Assembly (NCBI GenBank): GCA_963705305.1
Contig: OY970067.1
Location: 3,360,001-3,424,000, forward strand
DNA length: 64,000 nucleotides
Direction: 5' to 3'
From: an uncultured Methylomirabilota bacterium
Lineage (GTDB): Bacteria; Methylomirabilota; Methylomirabilia; Methylomirabilales; 2-02-FULL-66-22
Under the pieces are notes generated by a model. That model had not been told where the DNA came from. It worked only from the letters and a program-made list of their open reading frames with translations, and ran no database searches. The position numbers were made by a program, and so were the translations under genes. Positions 47,702 to 60,521 of the stretch are shown here, piece by piece (position 1 is the first letter of the stretch; every line of letters begins with the position of its first letter).

Positions 47702-48439
47702 GCCCGCGCGTGGTCGGCATCATTCCGTCCCGCTTCGCCTCCAGCCGGTTCCCGGGCAAGGCGCTGGCGGATCTCTTTGGGAAGCCTCTGGTGCAGCATG
47801 TGGTGGAGCGCGCCAGCCGGGCCTCGCTGCTGGACGAGGTCCTGGTGGCCACGGATGACGCGCGGATCCTGGAGGTCGTGCAGGGCTTCGGCGGGAAAGC
47901 CTGCATGACATCACCGAAGCATCCCTCCGGAACGGACCGGATCGCGGAGGTGGCCCGCGACCTGGAATGCGACCTGGTCGTCAACATTCAGGGAGACGAG
48001 CCGCTGCTCGATCCGGCGGTGATCGACAGCGCGGTCGAGCCGTTGATCCGCGAGCAGACTGTTCCCATGGGGACGCTGGCATGCCCCCTGGGGGCGAGCG
48101 AGGCGGCCGATCCCAACAAGGTCAAGGTCGTTCTCGATCGGGAGGGCTTCGCGCTCTATTTTTCCCGCGCCCGCATCCCGTACCTGCGGGATGAGGTGCC
48201 CACGGAATGGGCGCGGCCGTACCTGCTCCATGTCGGGCTCTACGTCTACCGCCGCGAGACGCTGCTCGCCCTGGCAGGCTTGCCGCCCACACCCTTGGAG
48301 GAGCAGGAGCGCCTGGAGCAGCTGCGGGCGCTGGAACACGGTATTCGGATCCGGGTGGTGATCACCGAGCATCGCAGTCTCGGGGTGGATACGCCGGGGG
48401 ACCTGGAGCGCGTCCGGCGGCTCATGGCGAGGCAGGAGT

Positions 48440-48441
<2 letters not shown>
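47698..48441 (+). CDS. kdsB: 3-deoxy-manno-octulosonate cytidylyltransferase
   Basis: IPSRFASSRFPGK, SGTDRIAE, NIQGDEP, LYFSRARIP, HVGLYVY, ERLEQLRALE, GVDTPGDL. Confidence 0.96.
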
Positions 48442-50229
<1,788 letters not shown>

Positions 50230-50232
<3 letters not shown>

Positions 50233-51066
50233 AGCACGACTGAAGTGCGGGTGGGTTCGATCCGGATCGGGGGCGGGAATCCCCTGGTCCTCATCGCCGG
50301 CCCCTGCGTCATCGAAGGCGAATCGCACCTGCTGCATCTGGGAGAGCGCCTCCGGGCGATTTGTGAAGCGGCAGGCGTGCCGCTGGTTCTCAAGGCGTCC
50401 TTCGACAAGGCCAACCGCACCTCGCTCGGCTCGTTCCGCGGACCGGGATTGGCAGAGGGCCTCCGGATCCTCGGCAAGGCCCGGGCGGAGCTCGGCCTGG
50501 CCGTCCTGTCGGATGTGCACGAGCCGGACCAGGTCTCGGCCGCAGCGGAGGTGCTGGACGTCCTGCAGATCCCCGCTTTTCTCTGCCGTCAGACCGACCT
50601 GCTGCTGGCGACGGGACGGACCGGGAAACCCGTCAACGTGAAGAAGGGTCAATTCCTGGCGCCGGAGGACATGGCCAACGTCGTGGAGAAGATCCAGTCC
50701 ACGGGAAATCGCCAGGTGCTGCTCACCGAGCGGGGGACCTGCTTCGGGTACCACAATCTGGTCGTGGACATGCGCGGCCTGGTGGTGCTGCGGCGGCTGG
50801 GGGCCCCGGTGGTGTTCGACGCGACCCACAGCGTCCAGCTGCCGGGGGGCGCTGGGACGGCCTCGTCCGGCGAGCGGGAATTCGTCGCCCCCCTGGCGCG
50901 GGCGGCGGCGGCGGTGGGCGTGGACGCGCTGTTCCTGGAAGTGCACGAGGACCCGGACCGGGCGCCGTCCGACGGGGCGAACATGGTTCCGCTGGAGGCC
51001 TTGCCGGGGCTTCTGGCCGGGGTCACGACGATCTCGCGGGCCCTGGCCCGGCCGGGGAATGCATGA
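50230..51066 (+). CDS. kdsA: 3-deoxy-8-phosphooctulonate (KDO8P) synthase
   Basis: [62 protein letters not shown] start inferred. Confidence 0.95.
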
Positions 51067-52889
51067 GACAGTACGTCCGCCTGCTGCGCTACGCCTTTCC
51101 ATACCGGTTCCGGATCGCGGTGTCCGTCAGCTGCCTGGTCCTCGCCTCGCTGCTGAACGCGCTGTCGGTTGCCTCGCTCCAGCCGGTTTTCGACGGCCTC
51201 TTCAGTGGGAAGGGGCAGCGGATGCTGAGCTTGCCCCCGGCACTTCAAGCGTGGCTAGGGGGCTGGCTGGATCGGGCCCAGCTCTTCATGCAAACCCACC
51301 AGATGAGCGTGCTCACCTTCCTGGCATGGTTACTGCTGGTAGTCCTGGTCGTGAAGGCGCTGATTGGTTACGTCAGCGGCTACCTCATGGCGGATGTGGC
51401 GCAACGGATAGTGACGGACGTCCGGGAGGAGCTGTACTGCCACCTGCACGATCTCTCGCTGGCCTTCTTCCTGCGCCGGAATACCGGCGAGATCGTCTCG
51501 CGGGTGACGAACGACGTGGAAGCGCTGGGAGCGGCCGTCACCGATCTCTTCCGGAACACTTTGCGCGAGCCCTTCACCATCGCCGGGCTGGTCGCCCTCC
51601 TGTTCCTGATCCACTGGCCCCTGGCGCTGGGCTCGATGGTGATCTTCCCGATGACCGTCATTCCCATCGTCAAGTTCGGCCAGAAGATCCATCGCCGCGG
51701 GACGCGGGTGCTGGAGCGGCGAGCCGAACTCTCGACCGTTCTCCAGGAGGGGGTTACGGGCGTCCGCATCGTGAAGGCCTTCGGCATGGAGGAGTACGAG
51801 GTCCAGCGCTTCCGCGCCAAGAACCGGGAGCTCTTCCGAGCCATGATGCGCATCGTCCGCGTGGACGCCCTGTCGGGGCCGATCATGGAGATCCTGGAGG
51901 CCGTCGGCGTCGTGGCCGCCGTCTGGCTGGGCGGCTTCATGGTGTTTCGGGGCGAGCTGACCCCCGGGGGCTTCATGGCGTTCCTGGGCGCGCTGGCGTC
52001 CCTCTACACGCCCATCAAGCGCCTCAGCGCGGTGAACAACAACATCCAGCGCGGCATGGCGGGCGCGCAGCGCGTCTTCGAGGTGCTGGACCAGCAGCCG
52101 GAGGTAGCGGAACATCCCGCGGCCCGACAGCTTCCCCGGGTCAAGGAGAGCGTGACCTTCGAGCACGTCAGCTTCGCCTACGAGGCGGGACGCGACATCC
52201 TGCGGGACATTCATTTCCAGGCCAAGATGGGCGAAATCGTGGCCGTGGTGGGGGCGAGCGGCGTGGGCAAGAGCACCCTGGTGAACCTGATCCCGAGGTT
52301 CTTCGATCCCACCTGCGGCCGCGTCCTGATGGATGGCGTGGATATCCGGGAGGTCACGCTGGCATCCCTCCGGAGCCAGATCGGCATGGTCACGCAGGAT
52401 ACGATCCTGTTCGACGACACGGTGGCCAACAACATCGCCTACGGCCACTCGGGCCGCACCGGCGGGGACCGGATTCGGGAAGCGGCCCGCCAGGCCAACG
52501 CGGACGACTTCATCCGCGAGCTTCCCGACGGGTACGCCACCCAGATCGGCGAGAAGGGGGCCCGGCTCTCCGGCGGCCAGAAGCAGCGCATCGCCATCGC
52601 CCGGGCGATCCTGAAGGATCCTCCCATTCTCATCCTGGACGAGGCCACCTCGGCCCTGGATACGGAGGCGGAACGGCTGGTGCAGGAGGCGCTGGAGCGG
52701 TTGATGCAGAACCGGACCACCTTCGTCATCGCCCACCGGCTCTCGACAATCCGGGGCGCCGACAAGATCCTGGTGTTGAAAGACGGCGCCATCGTGGAGT
52801 CGGGATCGCACGCGACACTGCTGGCGAAGGGAGAGGTCTACGCGCAACTGTACGAGGCTCAGCTGATGGCCCCCCACGGGGCTCCGTGA
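51063..52889 (+). CDS. msbA: Lipid A export ABC transporter MsbA-like (TMD plus NBD)
   Basis: ABC TMD followed by Walker [28 protein letters not shown] and [11 protein letters not shown] gene context. Confidence 0.88.
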   Translation: MRQYVRLLRYAFPYRFRIAVSVSCLVLASLLNALSVASLQPVFDGLFSGKGQRMLSLPPALQAWLGGWLDRAQLFMQTHQMSVLTFLAWLLLVVLVVKALIGYVSGYLMADVAQRIVTDVREELYCHLHDLSLAFFLRRNTGEIVSRVTNDVEALGAAVTDLFRNTLREPFTIAGLVALLFLIHWPLALGSMVIFPMTVIPIVKFGQKIHRRGTRVLERRAELSTVLQEGVTGVRIVKAFGMEEYEVQRFRAKNRELFRAMMRIVRVDALSGPIMEILEAVGVVAAVWLGGFMVFRGELTPGGFMAFLGALASLYTPIKRLSAVNNNIQRGMAGAQRVFEVLDQQPEVAEHPAARQLPRVKESVTFEHVSFAYEAGRDILRDIHFQAKMGEIVAVVGASGVGKSTLVNLIPRFFDPTCGRVLMDGVDIREVTLASLRSQIGMVTQDTILFDDTVANNIAYGHSGRTGGDRIREAARQANADDFIRELPDGYATQIGEKGARLSGGQKQRIAIARAILKDPPILILDEATSALDTEAERLVQEALERLMQNRTTFVIAHRLSTIRGADKILVLKDGAIVESGSHATLLAKGEVYAQLYEAQLMAPHGAP

Positions 52890-52931
52890 TCGCGGCCCAC
52901 CCGGGTCGGTGCAGGGCCGTCGAGGAAAGGC

Positions 52932-53711
52932 ATGGGAGCACTGAAGTCTCCTGTGTGGTGGACTGAGGTGCGCCGAGCGTTAAGAAGGGTGCGGCTCGCA
53001 CTCCGACGTCCATTTGATCGTCGCCGGGCCTTTCGGCGGCTTCGGCAGTACCACGCGCGACCGCGCACCCTGGAGGAAGTCGTGGCATGGGCGATGGACT
53101 TCGGCGGGCGCAAGGGCTTCGCTGTCAAGATGGGGCAGATCCCCTCAGAGATCACGCAATTGGCACGGGCAGTGGCGGCGCTGAGGCCGAAGACGATCCT
53201 GGAGATCGGCACGGCGCGCGGGGGCACACTGCTCCTCTGGTCCAGCCTGGCGTCAGGGCGAGTCATTAGCTGTGATATTCAGGATATGCGCTCTAGGGCC
53301 TGCTTCTATCAGGCCTTTCCGCCGCCGGGGTCCAGTTGCCAGGTAATTCTGTTGAGTGGGGATTCTCATGATCCGATCTTTAGGAAGCGGGTGGCTGGGA
53401 CACTGGGCGGAGAACGAGTGGATCTCCTGTTCATCGACGGGGATCATACGGAGGCGGGGGTGACTACCGACTACTATGACTACCGCGAGTTCGTGCGCCC
53501 CGGAGGTATCATCGCCCTACACGACATTGTCGAGAGCCAGCCGCTGCCAACCAACCAGGTCTTCCATCTCTGGAAACGGATCAAACAAGAGGCCGACACC
53601 GAGGAGTTTGTGGATGACCCGGAGCAGTGTGGTTATGGAATCGGTGTTGTGCGCGTTCCAGAAGAGGCGGGGATTTGCAGCCAGACGGGCATCGCCACCG
53701 ACGTAGGATAA
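52932..53711 (+). CDS. Class I SAM-dependent methyltransferase (Methyltransf_24-like)
   Basis: ILEIGTARGGT, GDSH, DLLFIDGDH, VRPGGIIALHD; visibly lower GC than its neighbours. Confidence 0.88.
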   Translation: MGALKSPVWWTEVRRALRRVRLALRRPFDRRRAFRRLRQYHARPRTLEEVVAWAMDFGGRKGFAVKMGQIPSEITQLARAVAALRPKTILEIGTARGGTLLLWSSLASGRVISCDIQDMRSRACFYQAFPPPGSSCQVILLSGDSHDPIFRKRVAGTLGGERVDLLFIDGDHTEAGVTTDYYDYREFVRPGGIIALHDIVESQPLPTNQVFHLWKRIKQEADTEEFVDDPEQCGYGIGVVRVPEEAGICSQTGIATDVG

Positions 53712-53945
53712 CGATCCGGTGCAACAATTTCTCCCCGTCTTTCTCGTCGGATGCTTCCGCGGCCAGAACCCCACGGCGAGGTGCGGATCGTCGCCGGAGG
53801 GCGACTGGGTGGACGAACCCTCCCTCTGAAGAGGCGGCTTCTCGCGCTTAGGCGACAGGTCGGAGGCTCTCCCTCCTCCTTTTCGGCGATTCGCCCCTGG
53901 CCTGGATGGCAGGCGCGCAACGCCATGACGGCAGATAAGGATCCG

Positions 53946-55007
53946 ATGCCTCCGCCCCAGCGGATACTCTGCATCAAGTTGAAGCATATCGGTGACGTTC
54001 TCCTGATGACGCCGGCCTTCCGGGCTCTGAGGCGCGCCTGGCCCGCAAGCACCATAGCGGCGTTGGTGCCTCGCGGGACGGAAGATGTGCTGACCGGCAA
54101 TCCGGATCTTGCCGCGATTTTCACGTTTGATCGCAGGGCATGGGTGCCGGGGAACTGGAGGCTCGTCCGATCCTTGCGGCGCTTCGAGCCGGATCTCGTT
54201 CTGGAGATGGGGCAGGGAGATCGGGAGGCGGTCCTCGGCTGGCTGTCGGGGGCGCCCCGACGCCTGGGCTACGCCCCCGCAGGGTCAGGGGGATGGCGCC
54301 GGCTGCTTCTCACCCGGACGGTGCCCTGGAACGGGGTGCAGCACGTTGTGGAGACGAACCTCGATCTGGTACGGGCCTGCGGGGTCCCCGCCGACGCGTC
54401 CCGCCCGGTCTTGGTCGTGCAGGCTCCGGCGCGGGCGGAGATGGCGGCGCGCGTCCAGACCGACCGACCCCTGGTCGTTGTCCATCCCGTCTCCCGATGG
54501 TTGTTCAAGGCGTGGCCGGAGGCTGGGTGTGCGGAGGTCATTACGCGGCTGATCCGGGACGCCGGAGTCGCGGTGGCTGTCACCAGCGGCCCCGCACGGG
54601 CGGAGGTGGAGGCTGCGGCCAGGATCCTGGCCCGGGTGGAAGCACCTGTCATCAACCTAGTGGGCCGGACGACCCTTCACGAGCTGGCAGCGGTCCTCGA
54701 GCGGGCCGTGCTGTTTCTCGGGGTGGACTCGGCTCCCATGCACATGGCGGTCGCCCTGGGACTTCCGGTGGTGGCTCTCTTCGGCCCGTCGGGGGAGCAC
54801 AATTGGGGCCCCTGGGGGCAGGGCCACGCCGTCGTTTCCAGCCCGTATCTGTGCCGGCCGTGCGGGAAAGACGGATGCCTCGGAAGCAAACGGAGCGACT
54901 GCCTGGAGGCGGTTTCTGCCCGGATGGTGTGGGAGGCAGTTGCACCGATCCTGAGCCGGGTGCCGGCCCCACAGGCAGGCCACACATGCGCAGGCCGATC
55001 TCCGTAG
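53946..55007 (+). CDS. Glycosyltransferase family 9 (heptosyltransferase III, RfaQ-like)
   Basis: ILCIKLKHIGDVLL, HPVSRWLFKAW, LGVDSAPMHMA, LFGPS...WGPW, CRPCGKDGC...SDC. Start 53925 is an alternative. Confidence 0.92.
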   Translation: MPPPQRILCIKLKHIGDVLLMTPAFRALRRAWPASTIAALVPRGTEDVLTGNPDLAAIFTFDRRAWVPGNWRLVRSLRRFEPDLVLEMGQGDREAVLGWLSGAPRRLGYAPAGSGGWRRLLLTRTVPWNGVQHVVETNLDLVRACGVPADASRPVLVVQAPARAEMAARVQTDRPLVVVHPVSRWLFKAWPEAGCAEVITRLIRDAGVAVAVTSGPARAEVEAAARILARVEAPVINLVGRTTLHELAAVLERAVLFLGVDSAPMHMAVALGLPVVALFGPSGEHNWGPWGQGHAVVSSPYLCRPCGKDGCLGSKRSDCLEAVSARMVWEAVAPILSRVPAPQAGHTCAGRSP

Positions 55008-55741
55008 CCATCATCACGCTGAACGAAGAGCGAAACCTGCGCGCCTGCCTGGACAGCGTCAGGTGGGTGGACGAGATCGTGGTCTGCGATTCGGGCAGCG
55101 CCGACCGGACGCTAGCTGTCGCCGACGAGTATGGCGCCCGGACGTTCCGGGACGCCTGGCGCGGCTTCGCCGGCCACAAGAATCTGGCGGTGGAGCGATG
55201 CAGCCATCCCTGGGTTCTCGTCGTGGATGCGGACGAGCGGGTCCCTCCGGCGTTGCGGGAAGAGATCGAGGGGGTCCTCGAGGAATCCGAGCCGTGCGCC
55301 GGGTACCTGCTCCCCCGCCGAAGCTATTTTCTGGGACGCTGGATCCGCGGCTGTGGCTGGTATCCGGATGAGACGGTCCGTCTGTTCCGGAAGGGTTGCG
55401 GCCGATTTTCGGATCGCGCCGTCCATGAAGCCGTGGTGGTGGACGGACCCGTAGGACGACTGCGTTCTCCCCTGGAGCATTTCACGTACGATTCCGTCAG
55501 CGCCTTCCTCCAGCGGATGGATCGATACTCGGCGCTGGCGGCCGAGGAGCTGCATCGGGCGGGGAAAGTCCCGCACTCCTGGGATCTGGCGGGGCGACCG
55601 GTCTGGACCTTCCTGCGGATGTTCCTCCTGCAGGCCGGCTGGCGGGACGGGTGGCGGGGCCTGGTGCTCTCGGGTCTGTACGCGGCCTACAGCTTCAGCA
55701 AATACGCCAAGCTCTGGGAGCTCGTGTCGAAAGAGGGCTAG
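54986..55741 (+). CDS. Glycosyltransferase family 2 (WaaE/KdtX-like)
   Basis: ISVAIITLNEE, DSGSADRT, VDADE, GWYPD...RLF, VHE. Confidence 0.92.
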   Translation: MRRPISVAIITLNEERNLRACLDSVRWVDEIVVCDSGSADRTLAVADEYGARTFRDAWRGFAGHKNLAVERCSHPWVLVVDADERVPPALREEIEGVLEESEPCAGYLLPRRSYFLGRWIRGCGWYPDETVRLFRKGCGRFSDRAVHEAVVVDGPVGRLRSPLEHFTYDSVSAFLQRMDRYSALAAEELHRAGKVPHSWDLAGRPVWTFLRMFLLQAGWRDGWRGLVLSGLYAAYSFSKYAKLWELVSKEG

Positions 55742-55856
55742 CGCGATGGGACCCCCAGCCTGGCCCTTGGGGCGGTCTCCCCGGGTCCTGGGCGAGCGGA
55801 GCGCGCGGACGTGCTCCTCGGATATGCGAGGGCACGTCGGTGAGTCCGGGTCGAGC

Positions 55857-57029
55857 ATGAGATCAGCGGAAGGGCTCAGCATCCTCCATTCGGAATCCTC
55901 CCTGGGCTGGGGCGGACAGGAGATTCGGATCCTGGCTGAGCTCACGGGTCTGGCGCAGCGGGGATGGCGGACGGGCCTGCTGGCCCGTTCTGGGAGCCAG
56001 ATCATGGAGCGGGCGCGCGCCGCGGGGGTGCCGGCGTGGGAGGTACAATTCCGCCATGCCCTGGACCTCCCTTCGGCCATGCAGGCGGCGCGCTTTCTGC
56101 GCGCGGTGGCGGCGGACGTGCTGGTGACCCACAGCTCCAAGGACAGCTGGGTGGGGGCGTGGGCCGGCCGGCTGGCCGGGGTGCCGCTGGTGCGGATGCG
56201 GCACCTGGCGATCCCGGTGAGGCGGAACCCTGTCTCGCGGCTGGTCTACACGCGCCTCTGCCGGCGCATCGTGACCACGGGGGAGGGCGGCCGGCAGCTG
56301 CTGATCCGCGAGATCGGGGTGCGGCCCGACCGGATTGTGGCCGTCCCGACCGGCGTGGACCTGGAGCGCTTCGACCCGCGGCGGGTGGAGGGGGGCGGGC
56401 TGCGCCGCGCCTTGGGCATACCCGCCGGGACACCCGTGGTGGGGATGGTGGCCGTGCTCCGCAGCAAGAAGGGCCACCGGTATTTCGTGGAGGCGGCGCG
56501 CGAGGTGGTGCAGGTCCTGCCGCGCGCCCGCTTCCTCATCGTGGGGGACGGTCCGATGCGGGCGGCCGTGGAGGCGTGGATCGCGGAGGCGGACCTCTCC
56601 GGCTCCGTGCGGCTGCTGGGACATCGGGAGGACATGCCCGAGGTGATGGCTGCGATGGACGTGGTGGTGCTTCCATCGCGCCGGGGCGAGGGTGTCCCCC
56701 AGGCCCTCACGCAGGCCCTGGCCATGGAACGGCCGGTGGTGACCACCCAGGTCCCCGGGGTATTGGAGGTCGTGGAGGATGGGGTCACCGGCCTGGCGGT
56801 GCCCCCCGAGGATGGGTCCGCCCTCGCCAAGGCGGTGCTTCGCTTGCTGGAGAGGCCGGAAGAGGCAAAGGCCATGGGCCGGGCTGGGCGCCGGCGGGTT
56901 GCCGCCGGCTTCAGTCTGGAACGGATGCTGGATCGTGTGGAGGCCGTGTACCGGGAGGTCGCGGCGATGCACATCGCGCCGCCGGAGTCCGGGGCTTCCG
57001 GCGGCAGGCGCCTGCGGAGGCTGCAGTAA
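55857..57029 (+). CDS. Glycosyltransferase family 4
   Basis: HSESSLGWGGQEIR, THSSKDSW, GVDLERFDP, KKGH, LPSRRGEGVPQALTQA. Confidence 0.92.
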   Translation: MRSAEGLSILHSESSLGWGGQEIRILAELTGLAQRGWRTGLLARSGSQIMERARAAGVPAWEVQFRHALDLPSAMQAARFLRAVAADVLVTHSSKDSWVGAWAGRLAGVPLVRMRHLAIPVRRNPVSRLVYTRLCRRIVTTGEGGRQLLIREIGVRPDRIVAVPTGVDLERFDPRRVEGGGLRRALGIPAGTPVVGMVAVLRSKKGHRYFVEAAREVVQVLPRARFLIVGDGPMRAAVEAWIAEADLSGSVRLLGHREDMPEVMAAMDVVVLPSRRGEGVPQALTQALAMERPVVTTQVPGVLEVVEDGVTGLAVPPEDGSALAKAVLRLLERPEEAKAMGRAGRRRVAAGFSLERMLDRVEAVYREVAAMHIAPPESGASGGRRLRRLQ

Positions 57030-57919
57030 TGGGCCGGCTGCTTCCGGCGCTGATGTACCACCACGTCATCCTGCGCGGCGCCGACCGGCTCACGGTGGAC
57101 CTGGCCGGTTTCGAGGCCCAGGTGCGATACCTCAGGGAGCGCGGGTATGCGATGCTGCACGCCGCCGAGTTCGTGCGATGCCTGCGCGGCGAGGCCCCCG
57201 CCCCCGAGCGCGCCGTGCTTCTCACCATCGACGACGGGTATGTGGATACCTGGGCGTATGCCTTTCCTATCCTGCACCGATACCAGGCCAAGGCCACCCT
57301 CTTCCTGGTGACCGGTTGGGTCTCGGAGCGGTCAGGGCGGCGCCCCACCATCGACCCCGTTGACCCGGTGAGCCCGCCCGCCGGCTTGCCCGCTCAGCCG
57401 ACCCACGATGCCGGATTTGCGGAGCTCCGCCGCCTGGGCGCCGCCTCGTCGCTGGCCTTGACCTGGGACGAGGTGAGGTGCATGCACCAGAGCGGGCTGA
57501 TCGATGTGCAGTCGCATACGCACACGCATCCGCTCTGTCGGGTGGGGCGGGAGATTGACGAGTCGTCGTTGCGGGACGAGCTGCGCAGGTCCCGGGCCGT
57601 GATCGAGAACCGCCTGGGGTCATCCTGTCGGTACCTCTGCTGGCCGCGCGGCTGGTTCAACGAGGCCGCTGTCCGCATCGCGCGAGAAGAAGCGTACGAG
57701 GCCTGCTTCAGCACGAGGCCCGGAGCCAACGCCCCGGGAGCGGATCTGGGGGCCCTCCGGCGGATCGACGTGAAGCGAGGAACGGTCGGCTGGCTGCGGA
57801 CCCGGCTGTTCATCTACACGCGTCCGACCCTGGCGGCCTGGTACCTGCGGATTCGTGGCAAGGGTCACCACGTGCCGACCCGAGGCGAGAAGGGCGGGGC
57901 TGCTCGGCGGGCGGATTGA
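57029..57919 (+). CDS. Polysaccharide deacetylase family (NodB/CE4)
   Basis: TAATG overlap; LMYHHV, LTIDDGY, LTWDEV, QSHTHTH, CWPRG. Confidence 0.9.
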   Translation: MGRLLPALMYHHVILRGADRLTVDLAGFEAQVRYLRERGYAMLHAAEFVRCLRGEAPAPERAVLLTIDDGYVDTWAYAFPILHRYQAKATLFLVTGWVSERSGRRPTIDPVDPVSPPAGLPAQPTHDAGFAELRRLGAASSLALTWDEVRCMHQSGLIDVQSHTHTHPLCRVGREIDESSLRDELRRSRAVIENRLGSSCRYLCWPRGWFNEAAVRIAREEAYEACFSTRPGANAPGADLGALRRIDVKRGTVGWLRTRLFIYTRPTLAAWYLRIRGKGHHVPTRGEKGGAARRAD

Positions 57920-58043
57920 GTCCTTCGATTCATACATTCGGCAACGAATGTATTCACTCAGGACTCCGTGCTGAGCGAGCGTTCTTCACTGGATCGCCCG
58001 GCATGAATACGGAGCTGAAATTGCGGGTCGAAGCACTGAGCGC
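57918..58043. repeat. REP-like palindromic element with a nested GNRA hairpin
   Basis: GAGTCCT/AGGACTC outer stem; inner ATACATTCG-GCAA-CGAATGTAT; complementary CTTCGA..CTCAG and CTGAG..TCGAAG arms. Confidence 0.6.
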
Positions 58044-58070
58044 AGACGGGAGAGGAGCAGGCGCGCGTCC

Positions 58071-59208
58071 ATGCGAATCGCTTTGATTCGACGGCGCTAT
58101 ATGCCGTTCGGCGGCGCCGAGCGCTATACCGAGGCTCTCGTGCGGGGGTTGGCCCGGCGCGGCCATGACGTGCACCTCTTCGCCGAACGCTGGACACTGG
58201 AAAGGGGAGCGACGCCGGCTGCCTCACTGCACCGGATCCGGGTCCCGCCCGGTCCTTCCTTCCTGCAGGTGCTGGCCTTTGCGCGCGGGGCAGCCCGGGC
58301 CGTGGCGAAGGAGCGGTTCGATGCCGTCGTCAGCTTCGAGCGCACGCTGCGCCAGAGACGTCTACCGAGCCGGCGACGGCTGCCACCGGGAGTGGCTCCG
58401 CCGCCGCGGGGCAACCCTGCCGCCGGCCCGGCGCGCCCTGGTGTGGGCGAATCCGCTTCACGCGGCCTATCTGTGGCTGGAAGGCCGGATCTTTCGCGAC
58501 CCGCGCTGCCGCCTCATCATCGCCAACTCACAGCGGGGCCGGGACGAGATCGTGGCCCATTACGGGACGGACCCCGGGCGCATCGCGGTGCTGTATACCG
58601 GCGTTGATCTCGAGCGGTACCACCCCCGCGGCCGGGGCGCCCGCGGTCCGACCATGCGGCGGACGCTGGGGCTCGCCGACGAGGAGATGGCGCTCCTGCT
58701 GGTGGGCTCGGGCTTCGAACGGAAGGGCGTGGGGCCCCTGCTGGCCGCCCTCGGGATACTGCGGCGTGAGGCCGCCGACCTGCGCTGCCGTCTGGTGGTC
58801 GCCGGCCGGCGGGAGGGCCGGTACCAACGGATGGCGCGGCGGCTCGGCGTGCGGGAGGTCGTGACATTTCTGGGAGGATCCCACAACGTGGCGGATCTGT
58901 ATGCCGCCGCGGACGTGTTCGTGCTGCCCTCGCTCTACGACCCATTCAGCAATGCCTGCCTCGAAGCCATGGCGGCAGGGCTGCCGGTCGTCACCAGTCG
59001 CGGCAACGGAGCCTCGGAGCTGATCCGGGGGGGCACCGAAGGCCTCGTGCTGGAGGACCCCACCGACCCCTGGGCGATCGCCGCCGCGCTTTTCTCCCTG
59101 CGGGAGCCGACGGTCCGGGCTGCCATGGGGAGGGCCGGCCGGCAGCGGGCCGAGGAGCTGCCGTTCGACCGCCACATCGAGCAATTCCTGGCGCTGATCG
59201 CGGCGTGA
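58071..59208 (+). pseudogene. GT4 glycosyltransferase (WaaG/RfaG-like) with a +1 frameshift at about 58356 (may be a sequencing error)
   Basis: The first frame gives MRIALIRRRYMPFGGAERY...SFERTLRQ and the second gives DVYRAGDGCH...GSGFERKG...YDPFSNACLEAMAAGLPV. Removing the A at 58356 (CAG-A-GAC) restores ERTLRQDVYRAGDG. Confidence 0.85.
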
Positions 59209-59221
59209 GAGGAAGCGGGAA

Positions 59222-60385
59222 ATGCTCAAAGTTGGGCTGGTTCGCGATAACAAGATCAACGCCTGGACGTTCCAGCGTGAAGAGTGCCTGGCGGATCGCC
59301 TGGACATGACACTCTTCGTCGGGGAGCGGAACGATTACGACGTCGGCCAGATTCGCATCCCGAAGCGGTTTCTCACGCACCGGGAGGAGCTGCGCCTGGC
59401 GGCCCGCAGCCCGCGCCTGGCCTGGACCCGGATGCGGCGGTCGCCGTTTCGACGTGCGGACTTCTACTACCACTCGCTGCGCAAGCACCTGCTGGGGTTT
59501 GACCTGGTTCACTCGGGGGATTTTCTGCGCTCGGCCTACACCCTCGCTGGTCTGCGGGAGGAGCTGGGATTCCGGCTGGTGCTCAGCTGGTGGCAGAACA
59601 TCCCCCGGTACGACATGTTCCGGGAGAAGGATGCCTTCTGGTACGCCGAGGTCGTTCCGCATGTGGACGCCTTTGTGCCTTATACCGAATCCGCGGCGCA
59701 CGCCTTGCGCATGGAGGGCGTTCCCGCAGACAGAATTCACATGATCTATCCGGGCGTGGACCTCCGGCGCTTCGTGCCAGGACCGAAAGATGCGAGCCTG
59801 ATGGGCCGCCTCCAGATCCCGGCAGATGCATTCGTGATCGCCTATGTGGGGAAGCTCGTCTCTCACAAGGGGGTCTACGTCATTCCCTACGCGCTCAAGC
59901 TGCTCGCCGATGAAGGCCTCACGAACGTGCACGTGGTCGTGGCCGGCCGCGGCGCCCAGCGGGCCACCTTGGAGAAGCTGTTGGGCATCTGGAACATGGC
60001 GGATCGCTTCCACTTCCTGGATTTCCTCGGATATCAGGAGGTGCACCGGGCTCACAGCATCGCCAACGTCTTCGTCCTGCCAAGCTATCCCACATTGACC
60101 TGGCAAGAGCAGTTCGGTTTCGTCCTGGCGGAGGCCATGGCCTCCGGGAAACCCGTGGTGGCAAGTGCCAGTGGTGGGATCCCCGAGGTGGTGGGGGATG
60201 GCGGCTTGCTCTTCCCGGCGGGAGACTTCGCGGGACTGAGCCAGCAGCTGCTTCGGCTCATACGGGACGCTGCGTTCCGGGCAGAGCTGGGGGGAAAGGC
60301 CCGGGCCAGGGCTGAGGCCCTCTTCGATCCGGCCAAGAACGCGGAGGCCCTCGGCGAGCTGTATCGGCACGTCATGCGGACGTGA
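59222..60385 (+). CDS. Glycosyltransferase family 4
   Basis: PGVDLRRF, YVGKLVSHKG, VLPS...WQEQFGFVLAEAMASGKPVV, GGIPEVV. Confidence 0.92.
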   Translation: MLKVGLVRDNKINAWTFQREECLADRLDMTLFVGERNDYDVGQIRIPKRFLTHREELRLAARSPRLAWTRMRRSPFRRADFYYHSLRKHLLGFDLVHSGDFLRSAYTLAGLREELGFRLVLSWWQNIPRYDMFREKDAFWYAEVVPHVDAFVPYTESAAHALRMEGVPADRIHMIYPGVDLRRFVPGPKDASLMGRLQIPADAFVIAYVGKLVSHKGVYVIPYALKLLADEGLTNVHVVVAGRGAQRATLEKLLGIWNMADRFHFLDFLGYQEVHRAHSIANVFVLPSYPTLTWQEQFGFVLAEAMASGKPVVASASGGIPEVVGDGGLLFPAGDFAGLSQQLLRLIRDAAFRAELGGKARARAEALFDPAKNAEALGELYRHVMRT

Positions 60386-60521
60386 GCGGGATGCACCCGG
60401 CGCGCGCAGGTCGGTCCTCCGCCGAGCCCGATGGGGGCCGGATGCGGAGGAAATAGTCGCCTCGAATGGGTTCGCCGGGAGGGCAGTCTGTTCTGGTGAG
60501 CGGGAGCCGCGGGAAACTCTC

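Noticed and set aside
53712..53945. Roughly 230-bp intergenic stretch as an ncRNA or N-terminal extension of the GT9
   Set aside because: I see no convincing stems or motifs, and the upstream extension of ORF 53751 does not look protein-like.
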